Shown piece after piece: positions 42,243 through 51,832 of a stretch of DNA of 64,000 bases (the stretch's first letter is position 1; every line of letters begins with the position of its first letter). The stretch is from Schmidtea polychroa (Eukaryota). The stretch spans positions 47,121,727 through 47,185,726 of the forward strand of contig CM097885.1 of assembly GCA_044892525.1 (NCBI GenBank), read 5' to 3'. The notes beneath the pieces are model-generated. The model saw only the letters and a list, made by a program, of their open reading frames with translations, did not search any database and was not told where the DNA came from. Both the position numbers and the translations under genes were made by a program.

Positions 42243-42315
42243 TTTTAGATTTAAAAAAAATAAAAATTAATATCAAAACCAAAACATCGTATCCAACCAA
42301 AAGATTCTTTTAAAA

Positions 42316-43122
42316 ATGGAAGCTATTTTCAATTGTGAAATTTGTGAAAAAAATTTTAAAAATAAAACTGCTTTAACATCTCATAAAAAATCAAAAGACC
42401 ATTTAATAAAAGCTAACACACTAGATGACACTAATTCCAAAATCTGTACTAAATGTAAGGATAGATATTTATTTTCAGGTTATAAGAAGCATTTTAAAAA
42501 TTGTATTGGAGTTCCTAAAAACAGAGAAATATTCGAATGTTCAGCATGTGGAAAAACGATGAGGATAAAATCTTTTTACTTAAGACACATAGAAGATTGT
42601 GGTCTTGAAACAAAAGATTCTGATTCAAACTCAATGACTGAAAAAGCTGAAAAACTAGAGTTTAATTGGGATGACTTCAATCACACCGATGTAATTGCAG
42701 AAGTAAAACGAGGACCCAGATCAATCATGCAATATATAAGAGAAAATAAAAAAAAAATAATATCATCAATGGATGATGCTATAAAAAAATTTGGTAGATC
42801 AAGATTTAATGTTATAAAAGTTAAATTTACAGGAAATGCAAAATACTGGAGAGGAGATGATTCGATCGCAATGCCTCTAGATGTAAAAATTGAAACCTCA
42901 TATAAATATTTATTTTCTACAAAAGCAGGAAATAAACTTGTTAATGATATAGCTAAAGAATTGGAAGAAAAACAAGAACAGGTGGAACAAGAACTAGGAG
43001 AATCTAATTTAAGATTCCACTCTTTTCAAAATATAGAGATTGAATACTGGAGAGGCGCACCACCAAATCCTAAATCTTTTATTCACACACCATTCACCTC
43101 CAACCATGTTATAAATGTATAG
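42316..43122 (+). CDS. N-terminal part of pPolB: zinc fingers plus putative terminal-protein region, cut off by one in-frame TAG
   Basis: CEIC..H..H, CTKC..H..C and CSAC..H..C fingers; the frame continues after TAG as NKDNKCFQWSILAHLHP into the 43255 ORF. Confidence 0.85.
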   Translation: MEAIFNCEICEKNFKNKTALTSHKKSKDHLIKANTLDDTNSKICTKCKDRYLFSGYKKHFKNCIGVPKNREIFECSACGKTMRIKSFYLRHIEDCGLETKDSDSNSMTEKAEKLEFNWDDFNHTDVIAEVKRGPRSIMQYIRENKKKIISSMDDAIKKFGRSRFNVIKVKFTGNAKYWRGDDSIAMPLDVKIETSYKYLFSTKAGNKLVNDIAKELEEKQEQVEQELGESNLRFHSFQNIEIEYWRGAPPNPKSFIHTPFTSNHVINV

Positions 43123-43254
43123 AATAAAGATAATAAATGTTTTCAATGGTCAATACTTGCACACTTACATCCTCAAGCAACTAACCCACAGAGAGTTCAA
43201 AAATATGAAGAATATGAATCTGAATTAATTTATCCAAAAGATTTTTCCCACCCA

Positions 43255-46200
43255 ATGAAAATTGAAGATGTTCCAGCATTTGAAAAATTAAATAATCTTA
43301 AAATTAATATTTATCAATTCATTCCAACCAAAATTACAAAAACTAGAAAAAATAAAAATTATAAACACATTATTCCTATTTACATTTCTAACATGGAAAT
43401 CTCAGATGAAAAGAGAGAAGTAGATCTTTTAATATTAGAAGAAGGTAAACCAGATGAAGACTTTGATGGAGAAGAATATGGTGAAGAGGTTCAAAGCGTT
43501 CACCCGAGGAGAGAAGCAGAAGAAGGCATTTCATTAGAACCAGAAGCAGAAAGCACTGCGTCCGGAGGCACTATGTTAGATAAAAAACTTCATTATATCT
43601 TAATAAAGAATTTTCAAAGTTTTATGAAAGGAAACACACTCATTCGTGGAGGCATATGTTGTAAAAGATGTTTATATCATTCAAGTTCAAAACTTGCTGC
43701 TATTAAACATGAGAGACTCTGTTGTAAGAATCAACCTGCTTTAATAAAAATGCCACACAAGAAAAATGCTAATATGAGGTTTAAAAACTATTCCAATCTA
43801 TTAGAAGCATTGGGAGTGGTTTATTGTGATTTTGAAGCTATAAATGTAAAACTAAGACGAACAAAAACTAATACTGTAAAACTAACAAAACAATTACCCT
43901 CTGCTTATAAAATGTTTTTTAAAAGTAATTATCCAGAACTTGTAGAATCTAGAGAATATTCATTTAGAGGAACTTCTGACAAAGAGACTCTAGATCATTT
44001 TGTTAAAACTTTAAATAATCTAGAACATGAATTATATATAATATTAAAATCCAACTTTCCTATGAATTTTTCAGAAGAACAAGAGGAAGAATATAAAAAT
44101 GCAACACACTGCTGGATGTGTAAACAAGAGTTTGAGGATGAGGAGCCAAAGGTTGCAGACCATGATCATTTTAAAAGAGAAAATAATTACAGAGGAGCAG
44201 CCCATAAAAAATGTAATCTCAATTGTAAAAAACCAACACACATACCATTTATATTTCACAATCTTTTTGGCTATGATATTCACCTATTCATTAAGCATCT
44301 GGCCGCAAATGCTAAAAACTCTTTCAAGGTTATTGGACTTACAAAAGAAAAATATAAAAGCATTCAATATGGATGCTTTAAGTTTTTGGACTCGTTAAAT
44401 TTCTTAGGGATGTCTTTGGATGGGATTGCTAAAACTATGAACCCTGAGGATTTTAAATATACAAAAGAACATGTGTTATTAAAAAACAATATTCCATTAG
44501 AGGAATATAATACCTGTCTAGCAAAAGGAATCTATCCATATGATTATATAGACTCCTTTGAAAAATATAATGAATTACTCCCACCCCAAGAAGATTTCTT
44601 TTCTGTTTTAACACAATCAGGGATTTCTGATCAGGAATATTCCCGTGCAGTTAAAATGTGGAATCTATTCAACTGTAGAAACCTTGGAGAATATACTGAC
44701 ATGTATCTTTCCTTGGATGTTTATATCTTAGCTGATTGCTTCGAGACATTTTCAAAAGCTTTTGAATTAAAACCTTATAATTATATAACCGCTCCTTCTC
44801 TAGCTTGGGATATATTATTATATACCATATGGACTGATGAAGATGTAGCAGTAAGAAATAAAACTATTGAATTATTAGTTGAGCTTGATATGTTTAATGT
44901 ATATAAACATAATATTAGAGGAGGTATTTCTTCAGTACAAGGGAATAGAGAAATAAATGCTAATAATTTTACAACTCTTTATCCTAAATTTTTCAAAGAT
45001 CCTGATGCTCTATATGTAGAAATAACAAACCCAGAAGATCGTAAGGAAATAATGGAAGGTCTTTCTAATCCTTCTGAAATAATGTATATAGATGCAACAG
45101 CTTTATATGCGGGAGTAATGACTCAATACCTTCCAATTGGCAAGTTCACCTGGGAAGAGCCCACTGAGGAATTAATACAAGAAATTCTAAAAACACCAAA
45201 AGATTCTCAATTTGGATATGTCATAGAATGCGATCTTGAATATCCCAATGAAATAAAATCCAGGACAAGATTCTTTCCATTTGCTCCAGTAAGAAGAAAG
45301 ATCTCGACTGAAGAACTTTCAGACTGGCAGATGGCTCAGGATAGATCGCCCTGTATAAAACTTTTATGCGATCAGACCGATAAAACTGATTACCTTTGTC
45401 ATTATAGACTCCTTCAGTTTTATCTCTCCCATGGAATGGTTTTAAAAAAAGTACATTCCATTATTAAATTTCGACAAGCCCCTTTTATGAAAAAATTCAT
45501 AGAGGGAAATATTTTGAAAAGAAATGCAACAAAGAGAGCTGGAAATGCATTTCTTGATATGATTTACAAACTCCTGAACAATGCGGTCTTTGGAAAGACC
45601 ATGGAGAATATAGACAAGTACACACGTGTAGAGCTTTTGACCAATACATCCAAAGACCTTAATAGGTACAACCGGATAATTGGAAAGCCCACATTTAAAA
45701 ATGCCGAGATATTCTCTAGTAACCTTATAGCCATAGAGATTAAAAACTCTGTAAAAACTTATAATAAACCAATCTTTATAGGGTTTTCAATTTTAGAACT
45801 TTCAAAGCTTCAAATGTATGAAGCCTACTATGATGTTCTAGTACCACATTTTGGAGATCGAATATCCATGCATGCTATGGACACTGATAGTATGTTTTTA
45901 AAAGGTCATAGTAAAGATTTAAAAAAGGAAATAAGTGAAAACGAAACCTTAAATAAATTAATAAACAACTCTGGAGAATTATTTACTTTTAAAGATGAAA
46001 AACCAAATACTCCAATAAGTGGAGGAGTGTTTATTAGACCTAAACAATATTCTCTTGAAATGAAAGACAAACCAATTATGAAAGAGCATACAATAAAATT
46101 TATAATAGGGGAGGGAGAAGGATCTGTTGAAATAGATCACACATTTGAATATCCTTCATTCCCTGAAAACCCGAAAAGCTATAAAGAAAATAAAAGTAAA

Positions 46201-46695
46201 GGAATTCAAAAATCAGTGTCAAAAACCTTCACACATCAAGAGTATAAAGATTCATTAAATATAAATTATAAAAATAAAATTGCTAAAACCCATCATCTTA
46301 AATCAGAGAAACATAATATATATCTTGAAGAGTGTAACAAGATTGCTATAACAAATTATGATGATAAAAGATTTATACTTTCTGACTTGAAGACAACATT
46401 ACCTATTGGAAATGATTTAATCCCTATAATAAAAAATCTTGAAAAAATAAATGAAATTTATAACCTAGAGATTACAGACCTTCAACTTGCTAAAGTAGAA
46501 ATCCAATATCCTGAAATATTAATTCCTAAACCTTTATATAATCAAGTTCAAAATATAAAACCTATAGAACTTAAATATTTTAATACTGATCCTGAATATA
46601 TCCAAGGACTAACACCAGAAGACTTTAAATCACATAAATTAATGTTAAAAAGCATTACTGCAGAAATAATTATAAATCAATTACGACTGGTCTAA
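43255..46695 (+). CDS. polB: Protein-primed family B DNA polymerase with an inserted EndoVII/HNH-like domain
   Basis: ExoI YCDFE, ExoII FHNLFGYD, ExoIII YLSLDV; motif A YIDATALY, motif B KLLNNAVFGK, motif C MDTDS, KQY; insert HCWMC..DHDH..YRGAAHKKCN. Confidence 0.95.
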   Translation: MKIEDVPAFEKLNNLKINIYQFIPTKITKTRKNKNYKHIIPIYISNMEISDEKREVDLLILEEGKPDEDFDGEEYGEEVQSVHPRREAEEGISLEPEAESTASGGTMLDKKLHYILIKNFQSFMKGNTLIRGGICCKRCLYHSSSKLAAIKHERLCCKNQPALIKMPHKKNANMRFKNYSNLLEALGVVYCDFEAINVKLRRTKTNTVKLTKQLPSAYKMFFKSNYPELVESREYSFRGTSDKETLDHFVKTLNNLEHELYIILKSNFPMNFSEEQEEEYKNATHCWMCKQEFEDEEPKVADHDHFKRENNYRGAAHKKCNLNCKKPTHIPFIFHNLFGYDIHLFIKHLAANAKNSFKVIGLTKEKYKSIQYGCFKFLDSLNFLGMSLDGIAKTMNPEDFKYTKEHVLLKNNIPLEEYNTCLAKGIYPYDYIDSFEKYNELLPPQEDFFSVLTQSGISDQEYSRAVKMWNLFNCRNLGEYTDMYLSLDVYILADCFETFSKAFELKPYNYITAPSLAWDILLYTIWTDEDVAVRNKTIELLVELDMFNVYKHNIRGGISSVQGNREINANNFTTLYPKFFKDPDALYVEITNPEDRKEIMEGLSNPSEIMYIDATALYAGVMTQYLPIGKFTWEEPTEELIQEILKTPKDSQFGYVIECDLEYPNEIKSRTRFFPFAPVRRKISTEELSDWQMAQDRSPCIKLLCDQTDKTDYLCHYRLLQFYLSHGMVLKKVHSIIKFRQAPFMKKFIEGNILKRNATKRAGNAFLDMIYKLLNNAVFGKTMENIDKYTRVELLTNTSKDLNRYNRIIGKPTFKNAEIFSSNLIAIEIKNSVKTYNKPIFIGFSILELSKLQMYEAYYDVLVPHFGDRISMHAMDTDSMFLKGHSKDLKKEISENETLNKLINNSGELFTFKDEKPNTPISGGVFIRPKQYSLEMKDKPIMKEHTIKFIIGEGEGSVEIDHTFEYPSFPENPKSYKENKSKGIQKSVSKTFTHQEYKDSLNINYKNKIAKTHHLKSEKHNIYLEECNKIAITNYDDKRFILSDLKTTLPIGNDLIPIIKNLEKINEIYNLEITDLQLAKVEIQYPEILIPKPLYNQVQNIKPIELKYFNTDPEYIQGLTPEDFKSHKLMLKSITAEIIINQLRLV

Positions 46696-46719
46696 GAATT
46701 AGAATTTTAACACTATAAA

Positions 46720-47265
46720 ATGATGGAAACTAAAAATCAAGAAAATAACATTTTTGAAATTATAAAAAATATTACTAATTTAAAGGATAACAGATGTAAA
46801 GGAATACAGAGAGTGGTTGCAAAGAATCTTTCTCATCAAGATTATATAGATACATTGAATCCAAATCATAAAGATAAAATTGATGAAATACATCAACTTA
46901 AAAGTGAAAACCATGATATTCACTTGATAGAATCTCAAAAAGTATCATTATCAAATTATGATGATAAGAGATTCATATTAAAGACAACTCTACCTATTGG
47001 AAATAATTTAATCCCTATAATAAAAAATCTAGAAAAGTTGAATAAGTTATATGATACAAAGATTACTGATCTTGATATTTATAATGTTGAAATTATTTAT
47101 CCCGAGAGAGAAATCGAGAAACCTTTATATTCTCAAGTTTTTAATCCTATATGTTTAGAACTTAAATATTTTAATACTGATCCTGAATATATAAAAGGTC
47201 TAAGTGATAAAGAATTTAAAGATCATAAATTAATGATTCATAGGTTGGCTTTCAACCATAACTGA
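46720..47265 (+). CDS. Stand-alone paralog of the pPolB C-terminal (thumb) region
   Basis: Shares KGIQ, LKSE.H, NYDDKRFIL, KTTLPIGN.LIPIIKNLEK and ELKYFNTDPEYI with the pPolB C-terminus. Confidence 0.85.
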   Translation: MMETKNQENNIFEIIKNITNLKDNRCKGIQRVVAKNLSHQDYIDTLNPNHKDKIDEIHQLKSENHDIHLIESQKVSLSNYDDKRFILKTTLPIGNNLIPIIKNLEKLNKLYDTKITDLDIYNVEIIYPEREIEKPLYSQVFNPICLELKYFNTDPEYIKGLSDKEFKDHKLMIHRLAFNHN

Positions 47266-47359
47266 AACCAACGATATTTAATTTTTTAATAATAAAATGT
47301 CGACAATTAATTTAAGCAACTATAGCAACCTGATCTACTTTTTTAAAAATACACCCATT

Positions 47360-47971
47360 TTATAAGTAAGAATTCTTTAACCATTTTTCTCGAGATGTTT
47401 TTTTATTACTTATAACATTAGCCACCATGCCCTCCCTTTTTAATCTTATAACCTCATTCTTTATATCTTGTATTATTTGATTTGATTTCATTATTTCTTC
47501 GTCTGTCAGGATTCCATCTTCCAAAGCTTTTAATTGAAATAAAAATAATTTAGAGATTCCTAATTCTATTGATAAACAAACTTCTCTATATAAACTTTTC
47601 TTTTTAGAAGTATAAGATAATGAAACTATTTCAGTTAAGAAACCATCAGCCACAGAAATACTTCCAAGTATTACAGGTGCAAGTGTTAAAACTGGTAAAG
47701 TTATGGGTAAAATAACTGTTAATATTGCAGATGCAAATCCTAAAGAATAACCTATAACTTTTAAAACTGTATTCCCTTTATTCCATCTATTTTTAATTTT
47801 TTTATAATGCTTTAATAAATCTTGTAAATGTAAGGTTTCTGATTTAAATTCTTTTACTCTCATAATTTCAAGTTCTGTGGGAGCCGAGGCCTTGGAACCT
47901 TTGTGACCTTCGGAATAATATCCTGATGATCTCAATTCTGGGTAAATTTTTTCTTCTCTTACTTCTTCCAT
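47360..47971 (-). CDS. Polinton membrane protein (hydrophobic hairpin flanked by basic helices)
   Basis: IYPEL..SAP N-terminus, long hydrophobic stretch VIGYSLGFASAILTVILPITLPVLTLAPVILG, ALEDGILTDEE. Confidence 0.7.
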   Translation of the reverse strand: MEEVREEKIYPELRSSGYYSEGHKGSKASAPTELEIMRVKEFKSETLHLQDLLKHYKKIKNRWNKGNTVLKVIGYSLGFASAILTVILPITLPVLTLAPVILGSISVADGFLTEIVSLSYTSKKKSLYREVCLSIELGISKLFLFQLKALEDGILTDEEIMKSNQIIQDIKNEVIRLKREGMVANVISNKKTSREKWLKNSYL

Positions 47972-47979
47972 TTTAATAA

Positions 47980-48990
47980 TTAAAAAAATAAGACTTTATT
48001 CTTCTGAGCACCATCTGGCACCAATACTCGGATATCAAAAGAAACTCTTGTTGAGAGGATATCTTTATACAATTCTCTCAATGCTTTACGAACTTCATCA
48101 ACATCAACCTTTTTTTCATAAAATATTAAATCTATATATTGTACAAGTGAACTAGAAAAATGAATATTCTTACTTTTAACTTTATGTAGTCCATGTGAAT
48201 GAGTATTAACATACCAATCTCCGTGTGGTAAATCATAACTAGTCATTATAACATCACCCTTTTCAAGCTTACTATTATAATCACATTTCACAAACCATTT
48301 CATTCTTTCATTATCATCATCAAACAAAAAGAAATAAGGATCAATAATTTTTACAACCATAAAAACACCCCATTCTTTACTGTTTGTTGTTATTAAACTT
48401 GGTTCTATAAAATGTTTATATGTATGGGGTAATAATGTTTTATTCTGTTCTAATTCAGCAGCTCTTTTTCTAATACTATGTGTGGTGTTAATGTGTGTTC
48501 CATGAGACTCTAAATTTGAAATTCTTTTATTAAATGATGTAATCATCTCATTTATTATTTTATATATTGTATTAAATTTAGTATTCATAATTTGTTTATC
48601 TTTAGAATTTAATATAGCAGTATTTAACTTTACAACTTGTTCAGTTAACAGACTTTGTAACTTGTCAAATTTATCATTAAATCGTTGTTCGATATTATTA
48701 AGCTTTGATTCCATTGAATCAATTTTTGTTGTTAATGAACTTTCAATTCTTGTTGTTGTTAAATCAGTATATTTTTTAACACCATCTACATATTTCTTAT
48801 TAACTGCATCAGCTTCATCAGTTGGAAAAGATAATTCTTTTATCTTGTGTCCATTTAAAATTAAATCACCCTTCATTGAATCACCTCTTTCATTAATATA
48901 TTTATTTTCTGTTAAAGTTAATATTTCTTCTGTATTAAACCCTGTTTTTATTGTTCCACCACCTCTATTACATGGAATATAAAAACTCAT
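47980..48990 (-). CDS. Putative fiber/spike-like protein
   Basis: GDSMKGDLILNGHKIKEL..PT..DAVNKKYVD (trimeric fiber/YadA neck-like motif) followed by coiled coil and a C-terminal globular region; next to penton. Confidence 0.6.
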   Translation of the reverse strand: MSFYIPCNRGGGTIKTGFNTEEILTLTENKYINERGDSMKGDLILNGHKIKELSFPTDEADAVNKKYVDGVKKYTDLTTTRIESSLTTKIDSMESKLNNIEQRFNDKFDKLQSLLTEQVVKLNTAILNSKDKQIMNTKFNTIYKIINEMITSFNKRISNLESHGTHINTTHSIRKRAAELEQNKTLLPHTYKHFIEPSLITTNSKEWGVFMVVKIIDPYFFLFDDDNERMKWFVKCDYNSKLEKGDVIMTSYDLPHGDWYVNTHSHGLHKVKSKNIHFSSSLVQYIDLIFYEKKVDVDEVRKALRELYKDILSTRVSFDIRVLVPDGAQKNKVLFF

Positions 48991-49030
48991 TTATTAATAA
49001 TTTAAAATGGACGGAGTCCCCTGAGAGGAA

Positions 49031-49795
49031 CTAAACCTGTTTCAAATGTAAATACATTGAAATCTCTTCTCCATTAAAATCAATCAATTCTCCTTCTTGA
49101 TTAAGAATTTTAAAATTAATATCCATTATATATTTTCTACATAAAGGTAAATAATTTGGAGGATTCATTCTTTCAACTATTTTATATCCCATAGGAACTG
49201 TGTTTGAGGGAAAGGAATATAAAACATTTGTTTGTTTACCATTATTATAAGAACCTGTTATACAATCGCAATGAATATTTATTGTGTTTGTATTTATTAT
49301 TTTTATAATATGTTCTGATGTTATTATTTTATCTTCTTTTATTGTTATATCCATAGGTTTAAATCCTAAAACTGTGTGAAAGAAACAATTATCTAAAAAA
49401 CTAATTTTTATATTCTTCAAAGTCATTACACATTTTGAAGTTGGTATATCCATTTTAATTTTAATACCTTCATTTGTTTTTTTAGAAAGTATATCATTTA
49501 AATCTTTTATCTCATATGCCCCAGGTTCTATTGTTATAATTTCTGGTTTATGCCCATCACGAGTTTGAATAGTAAATTTATTATTATCTTTAGTTATATT
49601 AAAAATAGTATTATAAGCACAAAACCATAATAGCCCCAATTCATAATTTAAATTTTGATCTAATTTAATTGAATCTTGAAAGTTTATAGTAAACTCTGAT
49701 TCTTTTGAATTTATAGATAAAGTTCTTGAATATTTATCTGACATTATGTTTACCATTTTTTTTAAATTATCTTCCGGAGGGTTGTGAAGCTCCAT
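49031..49795 (-). CDS. Minor capsid protein (penton, single jelly roll)
   Basis: NTIFNITKDNNKF, IEPGAYEIKDLN, IHCDCITGSYNNG..VLYSF, GYKIVE, IDFNGEEI.LHLK pattern. Confidence 0.85.
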   Translation of the reverse strand: MELHNPPEDNLKKMVNIMSDKYSRTLSINSKESEFTINFQDSIKLDQNLNYELGLLWFCAYNTIFNITKDNNKFTIQTRDGHKPEIITIEPGAYEIKDLNDILSKKTNEGIKIKMDIPTSKCVMTLKNIKISFLDNCFFHTVLGFKPMDITIKEDKIITSEHIIKIINTNTINIHCDCITGSYNNGKQTNVLYSFPSNTVPMGYKIVERMNPPNYLPLCRKYIMDINFKILNQEGELIDFNGEEISMYLHLKQV

Positions 49796-49843
49796 TTCTT
49801 TAGTAGTAAATTCATATAGTAAAAATTCTTATAGTAAAAATCC

Positions 49844-50308
49844 TTATAGTAGAGATTCTAGATCATTATAAATTTCTTGAATTATAGATTCAAAATCCTG
49901 CGTATACCCCTTTCCCTCTCCCTTATTCAATCTATACAAAACATATAAACTTAAAATACCACATATTTTAGTATTCAAAGGTTGAACTTGTAAAGAGTTA
50001 AAAGTATAACCATTTGGGGAATCAATCGGAGAACCCCTCAAGAGATAATCTTCAACTTCTTTAGTAGGTTTATTCCCAAAAGAATCAAAGTAGATAGACT
50101 TCTTATATATACAAACCCAATGAGATCCTTTTTCATTTGAATTTTGATAATTGATTATTATATTCAGGGGACTCTCCAGACTTGATAATTCATCATTCAT
50201 TAATATTTTAATTTTTAAATTTAAATAATTTGCATAATCTTTTAAATCAAAATTTGTTTTTGCATTTATTCCAAATGTTTTTAAAAAATCTAATATTGAA
50301 GGAGTCAT
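49844..50308 (-). CDS. Adenain-like cysteine maturation protease
   Basis: GSHWVC (His), YFDSFG (Asp), QVQ..ICG (Gln, Cys). Confidence 0.92.
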   Translation of the reverse strand: MTPSILDFLKTFGINAKTNFDLKDYANYLNLKIKILMNDELSSLESPLNIIINYQNSNEKGSHWVCIYKKSIYFDSFGNKPTKEVEDYLLRGSPIDSPNGYTFNSLQVQPLNTKICGILSLYVLYRLNKGEGKGYTQDFESIIQEIYNDLESLL

Positions 50309-50330
50309 TTTGTATTTTAAAACTTCGTAT

Positions 50331-51215
50331 TTATAACTTCGTATACTTATTAAATTTATCTTTTGAAATTATTCCTTGTTTTAACAAATCTTTAGAAATC
50401 TTTAAAATATCAGAATCTAAATTATTATGTCCTGCTTTCCTTGCAGCTAATAGTTTTCTTAATTCAATAAAAAGATTGATGGGATTTCCTTCACTAATTA
50501 ATCCCTCTCCCTCTGTAACAACATAACCCTTTTCATTTTTATTTAAATAATTCTTTAAATCTTGAATATATTTTGCTTTAGAACTAGCTCTTATTAATTT
50601 TATTAAATTTAAATATTTTTTAATTTCTTCAACATCATCTGAAGAATATCCACAAAGTAATCTATAAAAATCATCTGTAAATTCAAAGTCTAAATATTCA
50701 TTATTATAAACATTTTGTGAATGAATACGTGATTTATTTTCTGAATTTGAATATAAAGTAAAGTTTTGTTTATTAATTGTTATTATTTGATATCCTTCAG
50801 TATTAGTATTAAATGTGGGTCTAATTGAAGGAGGTAAATCATCTCTAATTTTAGGATCAACTTTAAGAGGTTTTGTTTTTAAAAACATTTCTTCTTCTTC
50901 CACATTAGAAATTCTTCTGCGTTTTCTTTGATTTCTTTCAGAATGACTTTCAGGATGGTTTTCACTGGATTCTTTTTCTTTATCCTGCCACTCTAGTTCT
51001 TTTATTTTTTGTTTTTTATCTTCTAACTCTTTAAATTTTGCTTGCTCATTGAAATCTTCCAACTCTTTTATAGCTTTAATTGTTGGCCCCTGTTGTTGTG
51101 TTATTATCTCATTTAATATTATAGATTCAGCATGTTGAGTTGTATCTTTTTTATTATATTTATCTTGTTCTGATTGTAATTTTTTTAAAAGTGCTAATCT
51201 TTCTTCATATACCAT
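50331..51215 (-). CDS. Polinton hypothetical protein (possible core protein)
   Basis: Intact 294-aa ORF in the virion gene block; C-terminal GEG..LLAARKAGHNN..LLKQGII motif; basic NLS-like RKRRR. Confidence 0.65.
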   Translation of the reverse strand: MVYEERLALLKKLQSEQDKYNKKDTTQHAESIILNEIITQQQGPTIKAIKELEDFNEQAKFKELEDKKQKIKELEWQDKEKESSENHPESHSERNQRKRRRISNVEEEEMFLKTKPLKVDPKIRDDLPPSIRPTFNTNTEGYQIITINKQNFTLYSNSENKSRIHSQNVYNNEYLDFEFTDDFYRLLCGYSSDDVEEIKKYLNLIKLIRASSKAKYIQDLKNYLNKNEKGYVVTEGEGLISEGNPINLFIELRKLLAARKAGHNNLDSDILKISKDLLKQGIISKDKFNKYTKL

Positions 51216-51237
51216 TTTAATGGTATCAAAAATGGTA

Positions 51238-51816
51238 TCATAGTTCGAAGGGCTTCAAGTATAATCCTTTACCATTTTTAGTTTTACAAAGGCATCCATT
51301 CTTTAAAGATTTACATATTTTTTTTAAATCTTCTTTATCTTTTGAAGATAAAGATTCAGATGTAGAAATTTGATTTTTTAAAAAATCATTTAAACCTCTA
51401 CCTTTATAAGGATCAAGATAGAGACCTTTGCCCTGAGACTTTTGCCGACTCCCCTCATATGGATTAAGATAGAGACCCTTTCCAACGGACACTCCCCCTT
51501 TAGCTTGCCCTACCTTCTTCATTGAATCGATTTCAGTTTGTAGTTTTTCTTTTTCTAGGTCTGTCTTTTGAGATTCTTTAGCTTTTTGAACTGTAGTTGC
51601 AATTCCTCCAGCTATTCCAGCAGCACCTGATAAACCAGCAATGATTGCAGGTATTAAAGCAGCTAATGGAAGAATGCCACCTTCTTTAGCTTCGTGGAGC
51701 TTCGCTCTAACTTGTTCTTTTACATGTTTTCCAATAAAATATTTTTTACCATCAATTACTACTGATTTATTTTTATTTGAATTTATTAATTCTTGCAAAG
51801 ATTCTTCAGTTGTCAT
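51238..51816 (-). CDS. Adenovirus pX/mu-like core or membrane-active precursor
   Basis: EGGILPLAALIPAIIAGLSGAAGIAG resembles the adenovirus pX GGILPLLIPLIAAAIGA segment; three GKGLYLxP(Y/F) repeats. Confidence 0.7.
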   Translation of the reverse strand: MTTEESLQELINSNKNKSVVIDGKKYFIGKHVKEQVRAKLHEAKEGGILPLAALIPAIIAGLSGAAGIAGGIATTVQKAKESQKTDLEKEKLQTEIDSMKKVGQAKGGVSVGKGLYLNPYEGSRQKSQGKGLYLDPYKGRGLNDFLKNQISTSESLSSKDKEDLKKICKSLKNGCLCKTKNGKGLYLKPFEL

Positions 51817-51832
51817 TTTATAATAAATAAAA

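Noticed and set aside
43120..43122. Alternative genetic code (TAG = Gln)
   Set aside because: The penton ORF ends at TAG at its expected C-terminus, and no other intact gene has internal TAG or TAA.
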